Below the pieces are notes generated by a model, which had not been told where the DNA came from, searched no databases, and saw nothing but the letters and a program-made list of their open reading frames with translations. From Thelocarpon superellum (Eukaryota), in NCBI GenBank assembly GCA_026025795.1, contig JAPEUG010000088.1:1-51276 (forward strand): 51,276 bases of DNA, read 5' to 3'. Numbering within the stretch: position 1 is the stretch's first letter; every line of letters begins with the position of its first letter. Shown piece by piece: positions 1 to 10,566 of the stretch. A program made the position numbers and the translations under genes.

Positions 1-402
1 AGCTCCTCCCCTTCGCCCAGCTCGACGTGGATGCTGCGGTCGGCTCCCATGGCCATGGCGGTGCGGAGCACGTCCGCGGCCTTGGCGGGACCGGCGGATA
101 CGGCGACGATCTCGGTCACGGGCAGAGAGCGCTCGCGCATGCGTACCGCCTCTTCGATGGAGAGCTCGTCGAATGGGTTCATGCTGTGCTTCACCCCCGT
201 GGTCTCCACGCCTGTTTGCGTCTTATTTACCCTTGGTTTTACCTGTATGGAGCCGCATAAGTAGAAGCTTACCCCAAGGCGGATGAGAGGGGAAAGAAGG
301 AGGGGGAAGAGGAGGAGGGTGGAGGGAGGGCATTTGGGATCCGCATACCGCATAGTCTATCACTCGCTTCACCGGTACTAATATCCGTAATGCCGTCGTC
401 AT
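1..402 (-). CDS. ETFB: Electron transfer flavoprotein beta subunit (5' part; runs off the window start)
   Basis: Manual translation: exon 1 (402-349) [27 protein letters not shown] intron 348-243; exon 2 [37 protein letters not shown], the typical ETF-beta N-terminus (yeast CIR1). Not called by the ORF track. Confidence 0.93.
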
Positions 403-845
403 TGTGATGGTCGAGCTCTTTCTTCTCCTCCTCTTCCTTCTTCTTCTCCTCGCTGATGCAATGGCCGTTCCTTGTTCGGTGTTCGTACGGCGCTCAATTG
501 CGGCGTGGGTGGGGGTGGGGTTGGTATGTGGAAGGGGTACGGGTAGTGTCGAATCGTCGTCACTCTGGACTTCTGTCTCTGCCAGTCATGCTATTACGCT
601 TTCGAGGCGTTTCGCGTACCGTAGTGCACACCAGATCGCAGAGCGCACAGTCGAGCGTCTTGCCCCGTGCTCCGCTTCGACGAATAGATCCTACTTATCA
701 AAGTTGACTCAGATGCGTATGCGAAAGAGGTGTATGTATAAGTGTATGTATAAGTGTATGATCAGGTGCGCTCTCAGACGAAGCAAGAACACGAAGATGT
801 AAGATCGACACGTAGATGTGAGATTTCCTGCTGCATGTACGTCCC

Positions 846-1984
846 TCACAAGCCCATGGTAAAATCATGCTCTATCCCTGGTGTCACGCTGGCCATGAAC
901 TTCAAAAACACCACCAGGTATTGATCCACCCGGATCGCCACCTCGTCTTCCTCCCCCTGCCCCGCTTCGTGCTGCAACACCTCCCACTCATCCCCTCCGT
1001 TCCCACCGGCCGCCGCCACGCCGCCGGCGAAGCCTCGCTCGTCGAGTCCCAGTCTCCGCGTGTCGTCCACCAGGCCTTCCAAGCCGCTGGCCACCTTGCC
1101 TTGTGCTTCGCGTCCTTCGCGGTGTTTCCGTAATCGGATCTTCAACGCGGCGTCAGCCCGATCGAGGAGGACCTTCATTACCGACGCATGCTTGCACGGA
1201 TGCACCGACGCCATCTTGATCGTGTTGTTGTAGAAAGGAAAGTCTTCTAGCGTCACTGTCTTGTCCTTGTAGTCGCCCACGATGTCTTCCATCATGAGAT
1301 GGGGCGGTAATGGTTCCGACGCCGACTGATAGCCCGAGAGGTACAGGCGGGGGGTGCGGTAGTATGGCGTGTAGGTGATGTAGAGTGTGTAGGTGCGCAG
1401 AGGCCTATCGCGCAAGTCAGCCGAGCCCGGACATGGCGCTTCTCCTCTCGAGGGGCGTACGCTCGTGTGCCTTCGCCGCCCTTGGGATCCCGGATGATGG
1501 CCTCCTCGTCATCCTCTTCGTCCTCCATGTCGGGGATCTCGTCGTCCTCTTCCTCTTCCCGCTCGCCCATGTTCCCGCTCTCGTCCACCGTTCGCACGTC
1601 GCGAGCCTTGGCCTCTTGCGACGCGGCGAGGCCGCCGGTCCTCAACCAGCCATCGTCCCCAGCGCCCCCCTCGCCGGCCGCAAAGCCGTCTTGAACCATG
1701 GTCTCATCTTGTCCCGCGTCGCCCGCGAAGTTGTCATCCAGCCGTCGGTGACACGGCACGCCGCGGGTGACGAGGTACTGCTTGCCATCCGGAAGGTAGT
1801 TGACGCGTTTGCCCGGCTCCTCGGCGTCGGCCCAGGCCCAGGTCGGGAACTTATACACCAGATAGTCGCCGGCGCGGACAAACTCCTCCGGCGTGATCTG
1901 GCCGGTGGAGCGAAAGGTGGAGGTGTGCGAGATGGGGGCGAATCGATCGCGCAAGACGTCGAGGGTGGAGTGAACGATGTTCAT
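846..1984 (-). CDS. ATG3: Autophagy E2-like conjugating enzyme Atg3
   Basis: Starts MNIVHSTLD; contains [32 protein letters not shown], catalytic HPC (SVHPCKHA) and C-terminal [18 protein letters not shown] 56-nt intron 1460-1405 (GTACGC..CTGAC..TAG) joins the two ORFs. Confidence 0.96.
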
Positions 1985-2539
1985 GGTGGAGATGGTCACT
2001 GGGGGAGGTGGTTGTGGCAATCGAGAATGAGTACAAGTCCCTCTGCTCGCCGACGCCCGATATTGTAGTGGCTGACGTGGGCGGTGCCGGGGTTGCCTGG
2101 AGCTCGGTGACTGGCCGATGGGCTCAAGTTCCAGCCCAACCCAACCGCGTTTCTGCTGCGGCTGCTGCTGCCACTGGGAGTAGTGCACGAGGTACTACCG
2201 TAGTATGGTGGAGCAGCAGAGAGGTTACTCGCCTCTGTCTCGGTACGAGTACCGAACTGGTGCTGGGTGGGGTGCAGTGCAGGTGCTGGTGCTGTACTTC
2301 ATTTTCACTGACTTGAGGCGGGGCACATGACGTGACGTGTACGCAGGCGAGATGTCCAATCAGCTGTGGTCCGTCAACGGGTCACCTGTAACTTCCGCCT
2401 GTACCACCGGCACTGCCCACGACCCATCGTGACCCGAACCGATGACTACGGGTATCTCCAACGTGGCCGAATCTGTCGGACCACGCTAGACCGGTAGTCG
2501 GAGACGAACCCAAAGTGTTGATTTCATCCTCTGCGACCT

Positions 2540-4164
2540 TCATCTAAATCGTGCATACCATTCTTGTTCCTGCCGTCGCTGCTCGACAAGCTGAAGGACA
2601 GTGTCATTGTAGACTTCGGCCACGGGCTCGTGGCCCTTGAGCACCCTTTTCTCATGCGATGCTGCCTCCTCCTTGGTCATGCACACCAAGTCTCGGAAGC
2701 ATAAGCGGGTAAACTTCTGCCCATGCGTCCGCTTGTCCACCAAGTCCTCACCCGGCGCTTCCCACCTCACCAGCGCCAGCCGCGTTGATAAGCCGCTGAT
2801 CACGCTGCGGCCGCGGTAGACCTCCTCCACTAGATAGCCAACGTCGTCCCGGGTGACGGGAATCTTCAGTCCAATGACATCCTCGCCCATGGCACTGGCC
2901 AGACGCTCTTCCGAGCTTTGTAGGCTCGACAAGACGCTCTCGTACGTCTTCTCGCGTCCCTTGGCCGGGACTTCTTCATGTGGGTAGCGAGTGAGGTCGA
3001 GTATGACTTGGTTCGCCGCCGTGTAGCCAAAGACCGCCGGCATTGTCCCCAAGACCGGAAGGATACGGGCTCGAAAGTCTGGGAGCACTGAGAGCTCGCC
3101 CACGCCGCCTTTGACAAACTCTTCTTCCGGGAGCGGCAGCAGTTGTGCCTTGCCGGGACCGGGCTTCTCGGTCGAATACACCACTGGCACCCCCTTCTGC
3201 ACCCCGAGCGCCCGCAAGCGTCGTCGCGTGCTACGGGACAGAGGGTCTTCGATCGAGGCTGAGATGTCACCGACCGAGACTCGCGTCGGGTCGGACTTGC
3301 ACCCCGCGCCCATGGACGAGATCACCGGCAACGAATGTTTGACGCAATAGGCGAGGAGGGCCACTTTGCTGTCGACGTTGTCGATCGCGTCGATCACATA
3401 GTCCACCGCTTCTCCCGCGAAGGGCTGGAGTAGCCGCGAGGCGGCCGACTCGCTGAACAGCTCATTCCGGCAGTCAAAACGCACCCACGGCGTGACCTGC
3501 TCCAGTCGTCTCCGAATGCAATGCACCTTGGGCGTTCCGACATCCGCCAGCGTCGCCAGAGCGTGACGGTTCAAGGACGAAAGGGTGACTTGGTCAAAGT
3601 CGATCAGCCGGAGCTGACCCACGCCGGAGCGTGCCAGCGCCGCCGACGCGTGCGATCCCACTCCGCCGCACCCCACCACGATCACGCAAGACGCACGCAG
3701 CCTCCCCAGGCCGGCGTCGGTTAGGAAGACGCGGTTGCGCGCCAGCTGCTCGAGGATCAGCCCTGCATCCGTCGTCAGCGGCCAGCCCGAGACCGCGACG
3801 ACGGGTCAGGTCGGACACCTTGGTCATAGTCGCCCCGCTGCGCGCGTAGTGCCAGGGTCATGCCCTTCTCATCCTCCTCATTGAGCGTCACGTCGGACGA
3901 GGCAGCTCCATAGTCTGTGAGCTGTGCTTGCACCATGGGTCAGCGATGGTCTTGTTGGAGGGCGTGGTGAGGCCTGCCTACCTGATCAATGACATGCTCT
4001 TCGTCATCCCCAGGAATAGATCGCTTCAGGTCTTCCACCAGTGCTTGGCGTCGTACATGCTGATATCCAAGGATGGCTCCCGCCACCAGCGCCCCGGACA
4101 CGGCCGCCGTGGCTACTAGCTGGGCCTGGTGCGATCCAACCGTCCTTGAGATCCAAGACGACAT
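2540..4164 (-). CDS. TCD2: ThiF/E1-like tRNA threonylcarbamoyladenosine dehydratase (Tcd1/Tcd2 family)
   Basis: N-terminal hydrophobic anchor, then GCGGVGS, DFDQVTLSSLNRH, SSMGAG, DPLSR and PVLGTMP motifs. Introns 3981-3922 and 3818-3763. TCD1 versus TCD2 cannot be resolved. Confidence 0.9.
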
Positions 4165-4498
4165 GGTCTCCGGGTTTTGATCCTTGTCCTCCTCGGACTG
4201 ATCGGGCGCGACGTCGTTATGACCTCGAGACCCCATGGGCGACGTGATTGATGTGCATGATTGGGAAGGTTGCCAGGACTGCAGTCGGTTACTTCGGCCT
4301 ACGTCCAGCTGCTCAACCACACGTCGAGACGTCCAATCTCGAATACTTGCGTAATGGAGAGTGACTTACCCGGCTATCACACCTACGCTCGGATGAAAAG
4401 CTACCTGAGCTTCACAGCCTCGCCCATCAGGTCCAAGCAGGTGAGTCTTCAAGCTCGTCCGCCCTCCGGAAACCGCTGGCTAATCGTAGCTGAGCCCT

Positions 4499-4621
4499 TG
4501 ATCTCCGTGACGAGAAACTTCACCCAAGAGCTTCCATGACGCCCGACGCCCATCGCACTGTGCTACAGTGTCGCGCGGCGCTGGCAATGACTGAGCATGT
4601 GAACAGAGATCGGAGAGATCA
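4499..4621 (+). ncRNA. Candidate box C/D snoRNA with variant boxes (element 1)
   Basis: 7-bp terminal stem TGATCTC (4499-4505) / GAGATCA (4615-4621), 3-nt bulge, box C GTGACGA (4507-4513), box D CGGA (4611-4614). The box variants create a C-G pair in K-turn stem II. Lies 58 nt after a GTGAGT donor (4441). Confidence 0.55.
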
Positions 4622-4687
4622 TCCGCTTGGCCTTGCCCTAGACCCCACGACGGCGGATCAATCTCAGCCGGCAAGTCTGGTTTGGAA

Positions 4688-4754
4688 CGGCGCCGGTCGA
4701 CGATGAGTGACGTCCAAAGCCGAAGTGACGACACACAGCACATCGGAGGCGCCG
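4688..4754 (+). ncRNA. Candidate small box C/D-like (K-turn) RNA (element 2)
   Basis: 7-bp stem CGGCGCC / GGCGCCG; tandem GA pairs then a 5-bp stem II (CGATG/CATCG); box D CGGA (4744-4747); internal D'-like CCGA and C'-like GTGACGA. The bulge is 4 nt rather than 3. Confidence 0.4.
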
Positions 4755-4987
4755 GCAGCGCGCGAGAAGGCAGACATGTCGGTCTCGTGGCATGCAGGGC
4801 CGCGTATGACGAATGTCTTTTGTAGTTTTCAATCGCAGACGCGTCTTAGTAGGTCTTGGAGAACCGGATGGAGTATCTGCAACTAACACTGCTTTCCATA
4901 GCCATTCATCTACGACAAGCGCGCCGTCTCGAAGCCGGCTGCAAAGGTTGTGAACTTTTTCTCACGTGGCAGCGAGGGGTCAAAGGG

Positions 4988-5115
4988 CGAGGTCCAGTGA
5001 TGATTTTGAGTGTCATTAGCCAAATCTGCTAGCCAACCTGCCCGGCCACTATCAAGCATGGCTGGCTGGGCCAGTGTTTGCCATGATCACTGTGAGAGCT
5101 AATCTGAGGACCTTG
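4988..5115 (+). ncRNA. Box C/D snoRNA (element 4, canonical)
   Basis: Box C GTGATGA (4997-5003), box D CTGA (5104-5107), 8-bp terminal stem CGAGGTCC / GGACCTTG with a 3-nt bulge, extended stem II (GATT/AATC), internal hairpin GCCCGGCCA / TGGCTGGGC. Flanked by a putative donor (4947) and branch/acceptor (5161/5184). Confidence 0.78.
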
Positions 5116-6014
5116 GACACGAGGACCTAGTCGATGATTTCCACGGACGGAGATTCTCTTCTGATCTTGGCGTCTGGTATGTAGCAGAATAGACCCGTTT
5201 GTCGAAAAATTCATGGACGTGAGTGCTCATCAGTTGTTGTATTGCACAGGGACATGTAAGGGACAGGCGATGTCGCGAACACGATGGGAATTCAAAGTGA
5301 GGACGAGCAACAGAGTTTACGACATGGTGCATGTGGTGGAGGGCGCCACCAGTTGCTTGGCCCCCCCCCCGTCGCGCCACGCGGCGTCGGTCGAATTTCG
5401 GTTTGGTCCGCCCTTTCCGGCCACGCACCTTATCTTTGAATGGCCATCTGGAGGAAACGCGGACGACTTGTACCATTAAATACTCGTCCCACCCTTGCTG
5501 CCGGCACAGTGGCTCTTCACCCCTGATCCGGTGCCAGGAGAGGCGCATCCGGAGAGATCGAGCGTAATGCCGATGCAAGATTGATCACTGCTAGTACTAT
5601 TAATAGTGCCCGCACGAGGTACAATAATGGCACGAGTGTGATGGGATTGATGCGCATGGCCATGCCAGAGGTAATCTCCGACAGTACGTGGCGAGACGCC
5701 GAATGAGCGTTTGGACTCGTGTGGACTTGTGTGGGATCGTAGCGACCCATGAGGATTGCGACCGAACAACTCTTGGCATTGACGGATCCCTCATGTTGCG
5801 GAGCCGGTAGCTAAACTGTAACGCGCGGAAAGGATTACGACGCCTGTGTTGTTCGCCTCGATCTCCCTCCTAGCTAAGTAGTGCCAAACTACCAGCTCAG
5901 GATGTCTCCCCCCACAAACTTAACCTACAGGTCCCACCCACGCTACAGGTGCCATCCGCCTCTCAAATCTTGGCAGCTTCTGTCGACGAAGGCAGACCGT
6001 GGAGGTCGCGTGCC

Positions 6015-7545
6015 ATGCCTTTGCCATCACTCGCCGCGGACTCTGGGGACCACGGCGAGAGTGACGGAGCCGATCGACGACGTCCGGACCATCGTGATCG
6101 ACCGCCATCCCCCGGGCCCCTCCGCAAGACGCTGCCGACGCCGCTGCCGACGCCGACGCCGACGCCGACGTCGTTTCCCGCCTTACCCGCCGACTCGGCC
6201 CAGGGGTCTCGACCGAACAAGGTCGACCTCCCGATGGAGGACGACATGAGCTTCCGTCCGCCCGTCACCGCCTACCAGCCGTCACGCCCGCGATACCTCA
6301 TCGACCGGGTCAAGAACGAGTGGAGGAACAAAGCACGGTTCGGACCGGACGGAAGCTGGCCCGGCGACCACTCGGACGAGTGGATCTGCGAGATTATGAT
6401 TCGACCCTCGCGCTGGAAGCGGTCCGTCGTCGTGGTGCTCACTGTGCTCACCTTCTGCTGTATCTCCTACGTGCGGTGGGTACGACCATGGTGGTCCGAA
6501 CGATCGGCCTTGAACCATAGCCTACGACTAGACTCGCACGCCCCAGGCTATGGATGGTACGGCGTCAACGTGCGACCGCAGTTCTCCGACATGACCCAAG
6601 TCGGGGCCCTGAGCGAGAAGCTCCTGCCCACGACGCATCCAGAACCCATCGAAGGATCCCCAAAGGGCAGGCGGTTGATCTTTGTGGGTGACGTTCACGG
6701 ATGCAAGACCGAACGTGCGACGACCCCGGCGAAAGGCGGACCACCCATTGTGTCCATGCTAACGAGGAGAACAGTGGTCAAGCTACTGGAGGAAGTCGCC
6801 TTCTCCCCCGATACTGATCATCTCGTCTTCACCGGTGATCTCATCGCCAAGGGACCCGATCCCACCGGCGTCATCGACCTGGTTGACTCACTCGGCGCGT
6901 CGTGTGTGCGCGGCAACCACGAGGACCGCGTGCTCTTGGCCTACCGTGATCTCAACTCTCAGCACGTCCCGATCGTGGACAATGCGCACCCACCTGAGCA
7001 TGTCTTGGCCCGGTCGCTGACGTCCGAGCAAGCCAGATATCTGGGGGAGTGCCCGGTGATTCTCAAAGTCGGGAATCTCAGTGGCATGGGCGACGTCATA
7101 GTCGTGCACGGCGGCATCGTCCCGGGCATAGCGCTGGAAGACCAGGATCCCGTACACGTCATGACGATGCGCTCCATCGACCTTGACACGCATGTCCCAA
7201 GCGACAGCAAGGCCGGCACGCCATGGACCAAGGTCGGTTCCTCTCTCGCCTTCCCCTGGTCCTCCACATACTGACCCGCCACAGCTCTGGAACCACTTTC
7301 AGAAGCACCAAGCAACCGACGCCCGATCGACTGTCATCTACGGACACGACGCGAGCCGCGGCCTGACGATCAAGAAATACACCAAGGGCCTCGACAGCGG
7401 CTGCGTGCGCGGCGGCAAGTTGACGGCGCTGGTGATTGACGGCGGGGCCAAGAAGTTGTCGGAGAAGGTGGTCAGTGTCAAATGCAAGGACTATCGCACC
7501 CACCATGGCTCGCGTCGGCAGGTCCAGAGTCGGGAGCCGGAATGA
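6015..7545 (+). CDS. Calcineurin-like metallophosphoesterase with N-terminal TM segment (Ppn2/YNL217W-like)
   Basis: GDVHG, GDLIAKGP, RGNHE, VHGG, YGHDA and GLDSGC motifs. Introns 6715-6774 and 7233-7284. Start codon uncertain (6015 is the first in-frame ATG). Confidence 0.88.
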
Positions 7546-8248
7546 GGGGTCCGATGGTCCTTGCCTCCACACCCCCTGGAACGTGGAACGCGGCGGGGTC
7601 GATGAAAACACACCCCGCCGTTGTTGGATGAGGTACCGCTCTGCGCAGCCTCCCATCCATGCCACGGCATGCCACGCTATGCCACACCACGCTATGCCAC
7701 ACCACGCCACGCGTCGAGTCAATCTCACGACGCAGCAGGCAAACAGCCAGGCTCTACTTGACGGACTCGAGCAGCCCAACTGGTCCTTGAGACCATTAAG
7801 AGAACCCTTTTTCGACCCGTGGCAACTTTGTCTTTATAGTACTTCGATGTATGTATCATCAAAACGGAGGAGACGGAGAAGTATCTCCTCTTGACAACGC
7901 AAATGCGTTGTATATGCAGATACGTTGAATACGCAAATATGTCGTACATGCATATATATATGCGTATATGTCTGTAGAGCAGGATATTGAAAGGCAAGAT
8001 GAGGCGGTTAAGATGAGTGTAGATTCGAGCGACTGAGTCGATGAACCGAGCACCCATGCAATGAATCAACAGGTGTGTCATCGCACATCCATCTATCCAC
8101 CTCTGCAAAGAACGAAAGCCGGCACCACGTACTTCGTACAAGAAAGAAGAATCACCTCTAGTGCTGAACTCCCTCCCTTCCCTTCCATTCCCTTCCATCT
8201 TCATCCCGCCCACGCTCATAGGCGGGCCGTATCACACAACGCAATGCC

Positions 8249-9881
8249 TCACGCATACCACCCCCTAGCGCCCACAGGCCGCGCAGCGGCATCCGCGTCG
8301 ATAACGGTACGATCGGGAATCATAGGCCGGGCGATTTCAAAGGCCTGGACGAGATCGCGCCACGTTTGGTGGTCCAGGGAGAATATGGCCTGGTGTTTTC
8401 GCACGTTTTGCTCTTTTATCTCTGCAGCTTTGCGCGGTTGTGATGCGTCTACAGCAATTCATTATCCGACTTTGTCAGTCACGTGGTCAAGTGGGAGGGG
8501 ACAAAGGGGTGAGAGGGCCAAAGGTGGGACAAGGGGGGGAGGCGTGAATAAGAGGGCGGGGCTCACGTAATGTAGGCAGGCGGTCGCTGTCAGATCCAAT
8601 CCCCACGCTGCCGTCGCGGATCAAGAAGCTGACGTAGAAGAGATTCTCTACGGTTTGGCCGAACGAGTGCGGGTTGATGACGAATTGGAACAGTCCCACG
8701 CCGCCGTTGTCGCTGATCCCGTGTCTCTTCATCAGCGCTTTCGCTTCCGCCTCGCTGATGTCGTCGTCCGCTTCGGCAGTCACCGCGATCTCGCCGTCCG
8801 TTTGTGCTTTGACCAGCACGTCGCGGATGCGTGTACAGATGACGGTGAGGTTCGAGTTCTCCGCTTTCTCCAGGTCCTGCGCTCTGAGTTCCTCGGGCCG
8901 CACCACATCGGCTGGATCGCGGCGCTGCAAGCGTCCTGTGCGCGCTCGTGGTGCGCGCACGCGTCGTTGAAGGGATAGCGGGCCGAGGAGGAAGCCTGGC
9001 ACCGCGGGACGCCGGCCGTAGGGGTAGCATGCCCGTCGGCCAAAGAACTCCCAGTCCAATGCGTCGCCCTCGTCGGCGCTGTCGTCCTCGTCGTCCAGCT
9101 CCTCCCTGGGAACGTTTGCAGTAGACCGCCGTCCACGCCGCTGAGTGGATGTTGGCATACGTGATTCATCGACACGATGCCCGGGCCCTTTCCGCATGAA
9201 TGTGATGCACTTGGATACAAATTCATCCACATCGATGCCTTGCGCCGCATCACCCAGATTGAGCTGAGCCGTCTTCTTGTAAGAAAGGTCTGCTGTCGAC
9301 ACCAGGAGCCGCGAGTCAAGCGTGGCGTCTGATGTTTGCTTGACGGCGTGGAAATATTCGTTCGCCTTGTGCAGCGTATCCACCAGCCCCGTCGATCCTG
9401 GCGCAAGATATTCGGCCCGTGAATCTGCCCGACGCTCGTCAGTCACAGCCCTCTTCCGTCGGCCCAGGAACGACCTACCGCTCAGATCCCGGGTCAGGTC
9501 GCGAAGCGCTTTACGCACCGCCCTCCGTTCCGTCATATCCTGGTCCGGGTCGTAGTATTGGGCATCGGCCACTTCATCCAGTTCCCGTTCGTGGGCCATT
9601 TGGCTGGCCGAAGGGGCATCGTCCACCACGTCCAGTCTCTTCCGCTTGGCACCTCTTTGCATGTACGCTGTGCTGGAGTCCACGCCAGGAGTCGGTGCTT
9701 GTGGCGGTCCCATGGGGGCCTTGCCCTTGCCTTTCTCCATGCTCGATGCCCGGACGGACTGGCTGTTCTCCTTGTCCGATGACACAGACACCGCTGGGGA
9801 GGGCGTCAGGGATGCCGACCGACCCACCGTGGGGCTGCTGGAGCCTCGCGAATGGAGGTCGTCCTCCCGCTCGCTGTCCAT
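8249..9881 (-). CDS. NSE4: Smc5/6 complex kleisin subunit Nse4
   Basis: YYDPDQD, VKQTSDATLDSRLLV, FLLGPLS and FVINPHSFGQTVENLFYVSFLIRDG. Introns 9478-9425 and 8566-8449; last exon ..KHQAIFSLDHQTW..GWYA*. Confidence 0.93.
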
Positions 9882-10566
9882 GGTGGCCGAGCGCTCCTCC
9901 GCGAGCAAATGTTTCTTCCGACCGTGGCGCGCCTAGATGACGATCGTGACGCGGGACAGGGTGCTGAGGACGGTCCAACGAGGCGCAGCCGAGACGTCAA
10001 CGCGGCTTGGATAATCTGCCGTGGCCCAAGGGTCCCGTCCCGAAGAGAACGGTCCGCACGTGTTACGTTCCCGAGACAGAGATATAAACAAACGCTTCAC
10101 GTCACGTAAGTGAGGGAGACGTGACGTGATGTGACGTGACTTGACGGTGCTACCATGAGTTAGTCGAACTGGACCAGCCCCGTGGACCTGTAGACTCGTC
10201 GAACTGTCGTGCCGTTGACCCGTCACGAATACTTTTCTTCTCGTCCCACCGGATCCCGTGGTTACATAACCCAAACGAGCCAGTTCGCCTCACGGTGGTC
10301 CGTGCGTCGAACCCTGGCAATCAGTGGGAGCATCCCCCCGTCAGCTTACCTGGAGATCCCCCACGTCACCCGATGCACGGAAGCCGCTCGAGACCATGTA
10401 GCAGCCAGCACAACAGGGCAGCTCCGTTGGAGGAGCCAGGTCGATGATATCTGCCGTGCCTGCAACGACTTGACTGGCAGCAGCCATAGGCAGCGATGAG
10501 TGAACGAGCAGGGCGCATCTCGACCAACCGCGACTGGTGGCCTGCAAAATTCAGCATCCTCCCGTC

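Noticed and set aside
243..348. Nested intron or stwintron in ETF-beta (internal GTAAGC)
   Set aside because: The internal donor would give an intron of only about 36 nt, and no second branch/acceptor set is evident.
1985..2188. N-terminal extension of Atg3 in the ORF track
   Set aside because: It begins at GTG and is low complexity; the family N-terminus starts at ATG 1984.
5130..5170. Fifth C/D unit (CGATGA..CTGA)
   Set aside because: No terminal stem, very short, and CTGAT fits better as a branch point.
4261..5794. Short ORFs in the snoRNA-bearing region
   Set aside because: No recognisable domains; the structure is better explained by a non-coding host.
10344..10360. U1 snRNA 5' end (CTTACCTGG)
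   Set aside because: Lacks the ATAC start; no U1 stem-loops or Sm site were recognised downstream.
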